Source of the DNA: an uncultured Pseudomonadota bacterium
GTDB taxonomy: Bacteria; Oederibacteriota; Muellerivitia; Muellerivitales; Muellerivitaceae
Assembly: GCA_963836235.1 (NCBI GenBank)
Contig: CAWIIP010000002.1
Coordinates: 960,001-1,024,000, forward strand
Direction of reading: 5' to 3'
DNA length: 64,000 nt
The translations under genes were made by a program, and so were the position numbers. A model generated the notes under the pieces. The model was given only the letters and a program-made list of their open reading frames with translations. It made no database searches and had not been told where the DNA came from. Below are positions 38,828 to 47,376 of this stretch, one piece after another. The stretch's first letter is position 1, and every line of letters begins with the position of its first letter.

Positions 38828-41252
38828 AGGTCACCTCCATGAATTGGTTATATAAAGTCCCCGGCAGGGCCTGCCCCACGTAAGGGAGTGCGTTGCCCCA
38901 AGTTAACCCGTAGTCGAAATAAAGCGTGGAGTTCCGGTCCATTCGGAAATCTTCCGAAAGCTTCCAGCTTTGGCGGCTGCCGTTGATATTGAAAGCCGTA
39001 TAGCCCACGCTTAAATCCGTATTATCGAATTGATAAGCGTAACGGGCCAAAGTCGTCCCTCCATAACCAGCCTCGGTACCGTTGATCTGTTCGACTCCGA
39101 AGGAAGCCGCCGTTTCCCACCAGGAGAATATTTCCGCCTGAATCCCGCCCAAAATCCAGTCGCTGGTCAGGGACCCGATGGCGCTGCTGGTTTGTTCATA
39201 CCGCACGTTGAACCCGATTTCTAGGTCGCCCGGAAGCCCGGTTGAGGGCGCCAAGTTGAACGAAGGCCCAATATTTACGTATTTAAAAGTACGCATCGGG
39301 TTAGGCACTCCCGCCACCGCGTCCACCGACACATAGCCCGTAGCTGGCAGGTTCACTACAAGGTTATCATTGATTTCCTGGACAAAGTAGACCGAGCCTG
39401 GAATTTTCAAGGCGTCCTTGTCCGTGGCTTTCACGTCAAAATCAAACCCGATCCCCTCTCGGTTGGGAGTCGCCAACCCGTAAGGGAAGGTATTGTCCTG
39501 GGTCCGGTCGTAAAAACCGAAAATACCACCGGCCCGGGGAACGTTGGAAAGAAAGAACTGGCTGCGAAGAGGAACGGATAAAAGATCCGGCGTGGCGGCG
39601 CCGTTGTAGAGGGACGCCGATCCCGGTTGGATGTCATCCTGGCGGGTCTGGGCCAAAGGAGAAAAATAGTTGGGGCCAACGTTCAAGTAATTAAAGGTGA
39701 TTTTGGAATGCCCAAAACGGAAATAAGGGCCGGCGAGGATGGCGTAATCGCTGACATCAGTTGAAGGATTCATCTTGTCGTCTTTGTAAGTGGAGAAAGC
39801 CCCTTCCCAAGTACCGCCAAACCCAGCGTCACCTTGTAATCCCACATCGAACGAAGGTTTGAAGCTGGAAATGACATATTGGTGGGCCCAGGTGGTTGGA
39901 TTAAAAGGCGAGTAGGGCGATCCCGGCTGCTCGCTGTAAATCGGCTCATCCAGCATAATCCCGTAGGCGTCGAGGGCCAATTGGAGCGAGAACCCGCCCA
40001 GGTACCAGCGCTTCAATTTAACTTCAGTATTGGCGGCGAAGATCCAATCGGTAAAATCCCCCGGGCCAAAGTAACTGCCCCCGCTGGCGTTATCGTTGAA
40101 CCCGCTGCGGATCATATTAGCCATGCCACCGACCTTGAAACGGTCGATAAAGGAGGAATCGGGCCAAAGAATATCCGTGCCGATCCTGAGACCCCTAAAG
40201 GGCCAATTGGGCTCGTCGTTCAGGAAGCTTTCGTATTTCGTGAAGTCATCTTCCCTCGCGATCATTTCGGGTTTGTAGCGCAAGTCCAGGTTATCCCTGT
40301 TCCACATCGTGAGCGGGGTATAGGACTCGTTGAAGTCTCCGACCGTGGCCGAAAGCCAGGGTGGGTTGAACTCCATATTAATTCGCCGGGCGACAAGCGA
40401 ATCGATTCCGACATTTGCGTCGGACTCAAAGGCCGATTCATAACGGATGATGGCATCCCACCGGATCTGTTTATCCACGATACCCACCGGTTCAAAATCA
40501 AGAAAGCCGAGGGCTGAGCGGGAGGAAGGGGTTAGGAACGAAAGTGCCTGGCTGTCACCATAATATTGCTGGGAGATCCCATAGGCCCTTCCCAACCCGT
40601 GCCAGCTGATAGTGGGATATTCGGTGATACCCATAATCCGCTTCCAAAGGTCATATTGCTTATTTTCCAGGTCGGCCTGGCGGTCCTGAAGGGACTTCAT
40701 ATCGCCCTGCACTCTTTTTAATTCATATTGATAGGCCTCTTCCAAACTGGACAAAGTGGCTTCGGCCTTGATCAGATCGTCCTGGCTTTCACTTTTGATT
40801 GGAGAAACGTAGGAAGGTGTGGCTGTAGGAACGGCAACGGCCGGAACCTCGGTCGGGGAAGCCGCCACAACAGGCGCTGGAAGTGGAGCCGATGGAGGAA
40901 CTGCTACTTCAGGAACCGCGGGAGGCGCCGGAGCGGCCGCGGGGCTTGAGGCGGAGGGAGCCGAGTTATCCGATGCCGGAGGCGGGGGGATGTCATCCGC
41001 CTGTGCCAATACAATTTCCTTCAGGTTCTCCCGAGCTTGAAAAACCAATCCAGCTACCTCCATTCGGGTCAAGGGAGCGGGAGAATTTTCGGTGGGCAGC
41101 AGGCCCGCCTGTTCCAACTGTTCAAGCTGGGCATAAGTGGGATCCCCTGTCGGGACTACCGGTGACGATCCGACGCCGGGAACCGTGGACGCCAAGGCGC
41201 CGGTCCCGAGGGCCATCAGGAGGAAAAGGTAAAGTTTAGAAATGCGCTTCAT
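38811..41252 (-). CDS. OmpM-like outer-membrane protein (SLH-like, Pro-rich, coiled coil, beta-barrel)
   Basis: Signal peptide; YAQLEQLEQAGLL...LTRMEVA SLH-like segment; LEEAYQYEL coiled coil; ends VTYAIQF. Confidence 0.65.
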   Translation of the reverse strand: MKRISKLYLFLLMALGTGALASTVPGVGSSPVVPTGDPTYAQLEQLEQAGLLPTENSPAPLTRMEVAGLVFQARENLKEIVLAQADDIPPPPASDNSAPSASSPAAAPAPPAVPEVAVPPSAPLPAPVVAASPTEVPAVAVPTATPSYVSPIKSESQDDLIKAEATLSSLEEAYQYELKRVQGDMKSLQDRQADLENKQYDLWKRIMGITEYPTISWHGLGRAYGISQQYYGDSQALSFLTPSSRSALGFLDFEPVGIVDKQIRWDAIIRYESAFESDANVGIDSLVARRINMEFNPPWLSATVGDFNESYTPLTMWNRDNLDLRYKPEMIAREDDFTKYESFLNDEPNWPFRGLRIGTDILWPDSSFIDRFKVGGMANMIRSGFNDNASGGSYFGPGDFTDWIFAANTEVKLKRWYLGGFSLQLALDAYGIMLDEPIYSEQPGSPYSPFNPTTWAHQYVISSFKPSFDVGLQGDAGFGGTWEGAFSTYKDDKMNPSTDVSDYAILAGPYFRFGHSKITFNYLNVGPNYFSPLAQTRQDDIQPGSASLYNGAATPDLLSVPLRSQFFLSNVPRAGGIFGFYDRTQDNTFPYGLATPNREGIGFDFDVKATDKDALKIPGSVYFVQEINDNLVVNLPATGYVSVDAVAGVPNPMRTFKYVNIGPSFNLAPSTGLPGDLEIGFNVRYEQTSSAIGSLTSDWILGGIQAEIFSWWETAASFGVEQINGTEAGYGGTTLARYAYQFDNTDLSVGYTAFNINGSRQSWKLSEDFRMDRNSTLYFDYGLTWGNALPYVGQALPGTLYNQFMEVTYAIQF

Positions 41253-43491
41253 AAGTGAATCTCCAGATATTATCGTATTGCTGATAGCTTGGGTTTTCGG
41301 GCCAGGCGTAGGTGGTAAAAAAGTAATCCCCCCGGAAATTAATGCTGTCGCTTAGTGGATATTTAAACCCAAAAGCCAGGGTGGTCCGGGTAATGTCAAG
41401 GGATTGGGGTAGGAGACTATAGTTAACATCAATGTTGTTGTAAGCAGCGTTATCCTCAAAAAACGGATACTCACCCAAAGAAGTGGGGTTTCCATATCCA
41501 GTTAATATGTACTCCGACCCAGCCGAGGTCGTCCGTTCTAAGGCCGCAGACCAAATCACTGGGGTGATGATCGGAATGGGAATGTTGAAATCGGTTGCGA
41601 GGATAAGGGTATTGACGGTGAGGGAATTAACCCCGTCGCCCAAATCGGTGGTCTGGTGCTTGTAATCGAATTGGAAGTCATAGGTCCTGGATTTCATGGA
41701 GAAGGCCTTATCCAAGGATACTGTCAGGGCCGCCTCATAACCACCAAAGGTTCGGATCGTCGGGTCACCAAGAGCCAACACACCTGTACCAAGCTGGTTG
41801 AGAATGTAATCCGGCTGTATTTCATGAAAACCGCTCAACACATAAGAAGCTTGGGGTTTCAACCAGCCATCCTGTCCGATATCGGCAGAGAATCCGAGGA
41901 CTGTTCCTTCCCGGTTGGGGGTGGCGTCCCCATAAGGAAGCCTGTTTTCCGACAAGACATCAAAAGGCGCGAAAGAGGGTCGGTTGACATCCTGAAAGAC
42001 GAAGTTATTGAGGTACCCCGGCAAGGCATCGTCGATACCGAACATATTCGTGCTCAGGTAGTTTTGGAAACCTGCCAGAGGAGTGAAGGCGTTGGTTTGG
42101 GCACCGGGCGAGTAAAAATAAGGACCGATGCTCAGGTATTTGGCCGTGAAATGTGCGCCCAGGATGTTCAAGGACCCTTCCGCCACCATACCCCAATCCT
42201 CGAAAACCCGATTGTTCGCCAGGGGATCATTGGTTGTGTCGTCATATTGGGTAAAGGCCTTCTCCACCGTACCTGTTAGGTTTACCTTGTCGGCAAAAGG
42301 CAAGGTGACCCGCGCGTCCAAGCTTCCGATCTGGTATTGCTTGGCAAAGGTCGATGGAAAATCGGGGAGATAAGGTACGTTGGCGCTACCAGGATCCTGC
42401 CAGAGGAGTAACCCAACCCCTTTTAATTCCACGTTATCGCCCAGGAAGCTCAGGGAGTCTTGGCTCCCCGCGTAATAACTGGCGAAAGTAGAAGTCGTGG
42501 CGTCCTGCAGAGTCCCCGCCATGGCCTGCAACCCGAAACCGCTGAGAACGTCTTTCGACCAATCCCTCCCAGAAGCAAGTTGGAAGCCTCGCATATGCCA
42601 ATCAGGAGCATGATCCATATAGACCAGTTCCTCCGTGTCGATGCGGTTTCGATAGAAGGAAGTGGGTTCAATGAGGGTGTAAACCGGAGAGCCAGAGTTC
42701 CAAAGGGTGAGCGGGGTGTAGCTCTTAAAAAAGTCGCCGGCGGTCAGGTTGACGACCTCGTTGGTGTTAGAAAGGGAAAGCCACCTCAACTGGTACTCGG
42801 GCTGGATGGGATCCTGGTAATACATACCGATGGACCGCCAAAACCTTAAACGGGCTTCGAACAAAACATCAGGGACCGGAACGCTCTTCAAATCCATTTC
42901 CATAAAGATATCAGCGTTGTAATCCATGGGCGGATAGGCTGCGTCAGCTCCGAAGCCTCTGTAATTGTACATGTAGCCCCTGGAAAAGCCGTTCACGTCC
43001 GTTCCGGTGCGTTTCAAATATTCTTTTTGTAGCGCCGCGAAAACCTCGTTCCGGGCCCTGTCATCTAAAAGCTTGTTTTCCAACTGATCGACCTCGATCC
43101 CGAGGGTTGTCAATTCGGTCCGAAATTCTTCCACCAGCTCTTCCAAACTTTTGGCCGCTTGATCGGCTCCGGCGGCGGGAAGGGGGGCCATGCCCGGCAA
43201 ATCCATGCCGCCCGGCAGAGCCGGAGGCGCCGTGTCCAGAGGAGGAAGCCCGTTGGCTTGGGCCATCATCTCGGAAGCTTGGGCCGTCAAACCTACCACT
43301 TGGAAATTGGTCAGTTGGTCAACGGACTTTCCCGGATCTGAAACCAGCCCCGCGGCTACGAGGTCGGAAAGGCTCGTGTTGATCCAAGGATCCCGTTGCG
43401 TGGAGGACAAGGGACCGTGGGCTGCAAAAGCCGGGCAAGTGGCTACCGTTAAAAACACGGTCATTAAATTTTTTAATAGTCTTCGGTTCAT
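41236..43491 (-). CDS. OmpM-like outer-membrane protein
   Basis: Signal peptide; degenerate SLH; LEELVEEFRTELTTLGIEVDQLE resembles the OmpM stalk signature; ends FTYEAHF. Confidence 0.65.
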   Translation of the reverse strand: MNRRLLKNLMTVFLTVATCPAFAAHGPLSSTQRDPWINTSLSDLVAAGLVSDPGKSVDQLTNFQVVGLTAQASEMMAQANGLPPLDTAPPALPGGMDLPGMAPLPAAGADQAAKSLEELVEEFRTELTTLGIEVDQLENKLLDDRARNEVFAALQKEYLKRTGTDVNGFSRGYMYNYRGFGADAAYPPMDYNADIFMEMDLKSVPVPDVLFEARLRFWRSIGMYYQDPIQPEYQLRWLSLSNTNEVVNLTAGDFFKSYTPLTLWNSGSPVYTLIEPTSFYRNRIDTEELVYMDHAPDWHMRGFQLASGRDWSKDVLSGFGLQAMAGTLQDATTSTFASYYAGSQDSLSFLGDNVELKGVGLLLWQDPGSANVPYLPDFPSTFAKQYQIGSLDARVTLPFADKVNLTGTVEKAFTQYDDTTNDPLANNRVFEDWGMVAEGSLNILGAHFTAKYLSIGPYFYSPGAQTNAFTPLAGFQNYLSTNMFGIDDALPGYLNNFVFQDVNRPSFAPFDVLSENRLPYGDATPNREGTVLGFSADIGQDGWLKPQASYVLSGFHEIQPDYILNQLGTGVLALGDPTIRTFGGYEAALTVSLDKAFSMKSRTYDFQFDYKHQTTDLGDGVNSLTVNTLILATDFNIPIPIITPVIWSAALERTTSAGSEYILTGYGNPTSLGEYPFFEDNAAYNNIDVNYSLLPQSLDITRTTLAFGFKYPLSDSINFRGDYFFTTYAWPENPSYQQYDNIWRFTYEAHF

Positions 43492-43555
43492 CCCGATCCC
43501 AATGATTCTTTTTTATTACAACTCTCTACTAACCGTGAACAACGGCTAACCACCC

Positions 43556-46225
43556 TTAAAACAGGAACTTAAGCCTACTGAAATATTGGTCTCCTTGATA
43601 ATTATTGGCCGAAACGTAATTGTCCTGAAAATCGATGTGCTTGTAACGGAATTCGAATTTTCCGCTGCACCAGGGGATGTCATAAGCAAAACCCAAACCG
43701 AAGGCATGGGTGAGGTAATCCACTTGTGGATAGGTGTAAGCGGACTTCCAGGTTTCCACTCCCAGGTCCGCCATCAGGTCGATGTCGTGCAATACATTGA
43801 TCATCACGTCTGCGTCCCAAACCTTTTGATCGAACAAGTTAGGAATATTGGCGGAAAGGGCGGAGGGGTTAACGGAAGTCGAATAACTGCCGGTCAGGTT
43901 GGTGACCGCGTTCGAAGCGGCCCCAGAAACCTGGTTGTCGGTCATATAAAAAGTGCCATCAATGGGGGACTGGATTCCCATCCACTTGTTCAATTGAATC
44001 TTGGTTGTAAAAGTAAAATAGTTATACGTTTTGAGGTCTGTAATATTGGCATATTGGTTGACGGTGAGTTTGGAACCGCTTGCTTGCGTTATCGTCGTGG
44101 TGGCAATGGCCTGTCCGGCGGTTTGGGGAGTCAGGCTCAGGGTTCCACCGTTGTTGTAGATAGGAAGAATCAGCGGCAGGCGCTCCGAACTGAGGCGGAA
44201 CTGGTAGCGCACGTCGTCGTTGGAAATGTCATTGTCATTACGAAGGGTCTCGATATTATTGATATAGTCCTGCCGGAGCGGGTTCACGTTGGGCGCATAG
44301 TTCCCCCACAAGTCCAAGCCCCAAAGCCCTTCGTCGTCGGGGTAATAAAACCTCAACATAGTGAAAGGCTCAATCACGTTGTAACCCAGGGGATCGAGTT
44401 CGGCCACGCTTTCCTTCTTTTGGGTGAGGTCAAGGTTGACGACGATGGCGTCCAGGAAACTCGGCCAGTCCTTCATCCAAGTCTGCTTTCGGCCATTCCA
44501 CCCAAAATTAAACCGCCATCCGTAGCGGTCGCTTTGGAGGGTATCCGCCTCGGCTACGGCGCCATAAACGTCGTTGAAATCGCTGGGATTCCAGGCCATT
44601 CCATAATGAAAAAAGTTAATGCCGCTCATCATGACCCGGCTTTGGAAGTCCGCGTAATTCGCCCCCATGGAGAAGGCATAAAGGGTAAATGGATAAAAAA
44701 GCAGGGAGGCTTGGCCAGCCCCGTCTTCGATATATTGATGGCTTGCTTTGAAGGCATAGGAAGTTCCGTCCAACGCGTTTGTCGAGCTTGAATAGGCCGG
44801 CCCCACATAGACGCCTCCGTCGGAGAAATCGGATAATCCACCGTTGAGTTCAAGAAAGAAGGGGTCCAAGTTCACCTTCACGTCGGCGGCATAGTCCCTC
44901 AAATCCAACTGGGGCGATTGGTTGACGCCGAAATTATCGTTGATCCATTCGGTGGAAACCGATGTGCGGACAAGGTTGTTGGACCAAGGCTCGTCGATCT
45001 TGACAGCCTCTTCCCACCTCTGGGTCTGGGTAGGGCTGGTTCCCATGCGCCCTGCCAAGACGGTCATGCGGGCGTCCTGGCCCAACCAGGGAACTTGCTG
45101 GCCCACGGCATAAACGCCGTCGAACACCCGGTCCGTAGCGGACTGGACATTTCCGGCGCTAGGGGAATAGGCGGGGATATAGCTGACAGCTGTCATGTAA
45201 TCATCCCAATTCTTGGCGTTCTTGTCGTCATTGAAGTTTTTGATGTCGAAGGGGTCCTCGAAGCGTTTGATGGCATAGGTGGCAAAGCCCCGGCTGAAAT
45301 TATCCAGGGTGGTGCTGGGGTTGTAGGTCTCCACTGCGAAGGTGGTGTCCCACTTGCCCAAATCCCCATAAAGGAAGAAGGTGGTGCTGGGATTGGCGAT
45401 ATAGATGGATGCGGGCGCCGTCCCCACCCCGGTAGCGACGACCCCGGAGGCGTTCGAATATGGCACAATGGCTCCGAAACCGGTGGAAAGAGTCCCCTTT
45501 CCTCCCAGATCGGAGTACATCCCCATATCGATTTGCTGAACCTCCCGCATGGCGTTGTTCAAGGCGGGCGCTCCGTTGCTCAAGGGTCCGGTGACATTGA
45601 TATTTTCGAACCGCATACTTGTGTTCTCGTAAAAATGAGGCATCCCCACCGATTTATTGGCCTTCTTCCAGACGGCGTCCACCTCATCCTGCGCGGCTTT
45701 CAACTTATCCAGCTCGTCCTCCTGCTGTTGAACGCGGGTATCGTTCAAAGCCATTTGGGTACGGAGATAGGCCGCGGAGTCGCGAAGCTGTTTCAAGAGA
45801 TCATCGATTTCTTTTTTAAGCGTGTCGGAAATAACAGGTGTTGGCAGGGCGGGAACAACGGGAGGGTTTGAAGGAAGAAGAGTCGGGACCGTCATCGCCG
45901 GAGTGGCGAAAACGGGCAAGGGGGCCGGAGCTGAAACCTGGGGTGTAGGTGTCGGCAATGTGAATTCAGGGGCGGATATGCGGGCTTTGGCTTTCTCCGT
46001 ATAAAAAGCCAGTTCGAGCCTCGTGACATACTTGCCTTGATCCAACACTTCCTTATCTTGTGCGTCCAGCAGGCCATAATCCCCTAGTTTTTTCACCCGC
46101 TGATAAAGGGTTTGATCCGGTCCCAGTTCCTCCCAAGGATTGGCCCAGGCATAAGGAGTGTTTAGGGCCATTGTGAACGCAAAAAAGGAAAGGGCGGCCC
46201 ATAAAATTTTGACCTTTAATTTCAA
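43556..46225 (-). CDS. OmpM-like outer-membrane protein
   Basis: ANPWEEL...LYQRVKKLGDYGLLD...VTRLELA SLH-like segment; Pro-rich spacer; coiled coil; ends SRLKFLF. Confidence 0.65.
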   Translation of the reverse strand: MKLKVKILWAALSFFAFTMALNTPYAWANPWEELGPDQTLYQRVKKLGDYGLLDAQDKEVLDQGKYVTRLELAFYTEKAKARISAPEFTLPTPTPQVSAPAPLPVFATPAMTVPTLLPSNPPVVPALPTPVISDTLKKEIDDLLKQLRDSAAYLRTQMALNDTRVQQQEDELDKLKAAQDEVDAVWKKANKSVGMPHFYENTSMRFENINVTGPLSNGAPALNNAMREVQQIDMGMYSDLGGKGTLSTGFGAIVPYSNASGVVATGVGTAPASIYIANPSTTFFLYGDLGKWDTTFAVETYNPSTTLDNFSRGFATYAIKRFEDPFDIKNFNDDKNAKNWDDYMTAVSYIPAYSPSAGNVQSATDRVFDGVYAVGQQVPWLGQDARMTVLAGRMGTSPTQTQRWEEAVKIDEPWSNNLVRTSVSTEWINDNFGVNQSPQLDLRDYAADVKVNLDPFFLELNGGLSDFSDGGVYVGPAYSSSTNALDGTSYAFKASHQYIEDGAGQASLLFYPFTLYAFSMGANYADFQSRVMMSGINFFHYGMAWNPSDFNDVYGAVAEADTLQSDRYGWRFNFGWNGRKQTWMKDWPSFLDAIVVNLDLTQKKESVAELDPLGYNVIEPFTMLRFYYPDDEGLWGLDLWGNYAPNVNPLRQDYINNIETLRNDNDISNDDVRYQFRLSSERLPLILPIYNNGGTLSLTPQTAGQAIATTTITQASGSKLTVNQYANITDLKTYNYFTFTTKIQLNKWMGIQSPIDGTFYMTDNQVSGAASNAVTNLTGSYSTSVNPSALSANIPNLFDQKVWDADVMINVLHDIDLMADLGVETWKSAYTYPQVDYLTHAFGLGFAYDIPWCSGKFEFRYKHIDFQDNYVSANNYQGDQYFSRLKFLF

Positions 46226-46274
46226 AAAAACCCCTGTTATTGGTTATCCATCAAAAACCCTCTGCAATATTTCG

Positions 46275-47051
46275 TCAAAAGAATTCGATTTCATCAACCC
46301 AATAATCAATTTTATAAGTTCCGGCGTGGTTATCGCCGCTATGATCCCACTTAATATAGATGAACTCTTTCAAATGATCGGTCAAATCCGGGGGAGTCAC
46401 AGGTGATCCCCAGCCCGATTCTCTTTTCAAATCGGAGAAGACGTAACTTTTAGAGATCCAATCATTGGAAGGATCCATCATGGCCCCAAAGTGGTTATAG
46501 CAATCGCTTTGGCAGGTTCCCCCGTCGGAACCCGGAAGGGTCGCGGCGGTTCCGATTCCAAAACGCCGTTTCATCGATTGGTCGTCCGCTGGGCATTTAT
46601 AATAAAATTTTATTCCGGTAAAGGCGCTGGCGTCGTAATAACCGCTGTCCTTAAACTTACCTTGGAGGGTGAAAGCTGGATAAACCGCGTTCCCCTGGTC
46701 CACCAAGCTTCCAAAAACATGGGCCGCCATCTTGGTTCCGTTGGCCCCACCCGCGACTATGAAATCGCTATTGATGGTGTTACCGCCGAAAGTAATCGTG
46801 GTCCAAGCGCCCGAGGCACCCCCATAAAGTTTAGAATTGATATTTTTGGAACCATCATCAAAGTTGGAGATAAGGCAGGCTTCCGAGGGAATATTCACTT
46901 TAGGTTTGTTGGCATCGGCGTTCTGCAAGCCCTGACCTAGGGAAGCGTATTTAGAACCCTCATTTACAAACACCGCTCCACAACCCGCAACGAGAGAAAT
47001 GATGGTGAAGCCGATTAACACGGAAGAAAAGCGGCCCGAACCCATATTCAC
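46275..47051 (-). CDS. Lipoprotein with CBM11/CIA30-like domain
   Basis: Lipobox LVAG-C; ISNFDDG, YDASAFTGIKF, GGTCQSDCYNHF, FSDL...GWG, YWVDEIEFF. Confidence 0.7.
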   Translation of the reverse strand: MNMGSGRFSSVLIGFTIISLVAGCGAVFVNEGSKYASLGQGLQNADANKPKVNIPSEACLISNFDDGSKNINSKLYGGASGAWTTITFGGNTINSDFIVAGGANGTKMAAHVFGSLVDQGNAVYPAFTLQGKFKDSGYYDASAFTGIKFYYKCPADDQSMKRRFGIGTAATLPGSDGGTCQSDCYNHFGAMMDPSNDWISKSYVFSDLKRESGWGSPVTPPDLTDHLKEFIYIKWDHSGDNHAGTYKIDYWVDEIEFF

Positions 47052-47376
47052 CCCTTCAAGGAAAAATGGCCGGCCAAAGATGCCGGACCGGTTTAAAAAA
47101 GGATTAGTTCTAAGTTACTTATGCCAATATCCGAAAGGGATTTCGGCGTTTTAAGTATTGTGTCTTTTATTAACTTGGATGAATGGCCTTCGCAACATTT
47201 TTGAAACCTGCAAAGGTGTCAAAGCCCCGGTATTCTACTAAAAGGATTTATAACCTGGTACCTATTTTTTACTAGGCGAAAACGGAACCGGTTTTTATGC
47301 CCCAACTAAAATCATCCGTCGTTTCCCTTGAAAAAACCGTTTTTATGAAACGTTCAACAACCAGGATTGTTCTTAA

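Noticed and set aside
43586-45871. 401-aa and 317-aa plus-strand ORFs
   Set aside because: Antisense shadows of the OmpM-like gene.
38811-46225. Calling the barrels TonB-dependent SusC receptors
   Set aside because: No recognisable plug domain or TonB box; the N-termini are SLH-like plus coiled coil.
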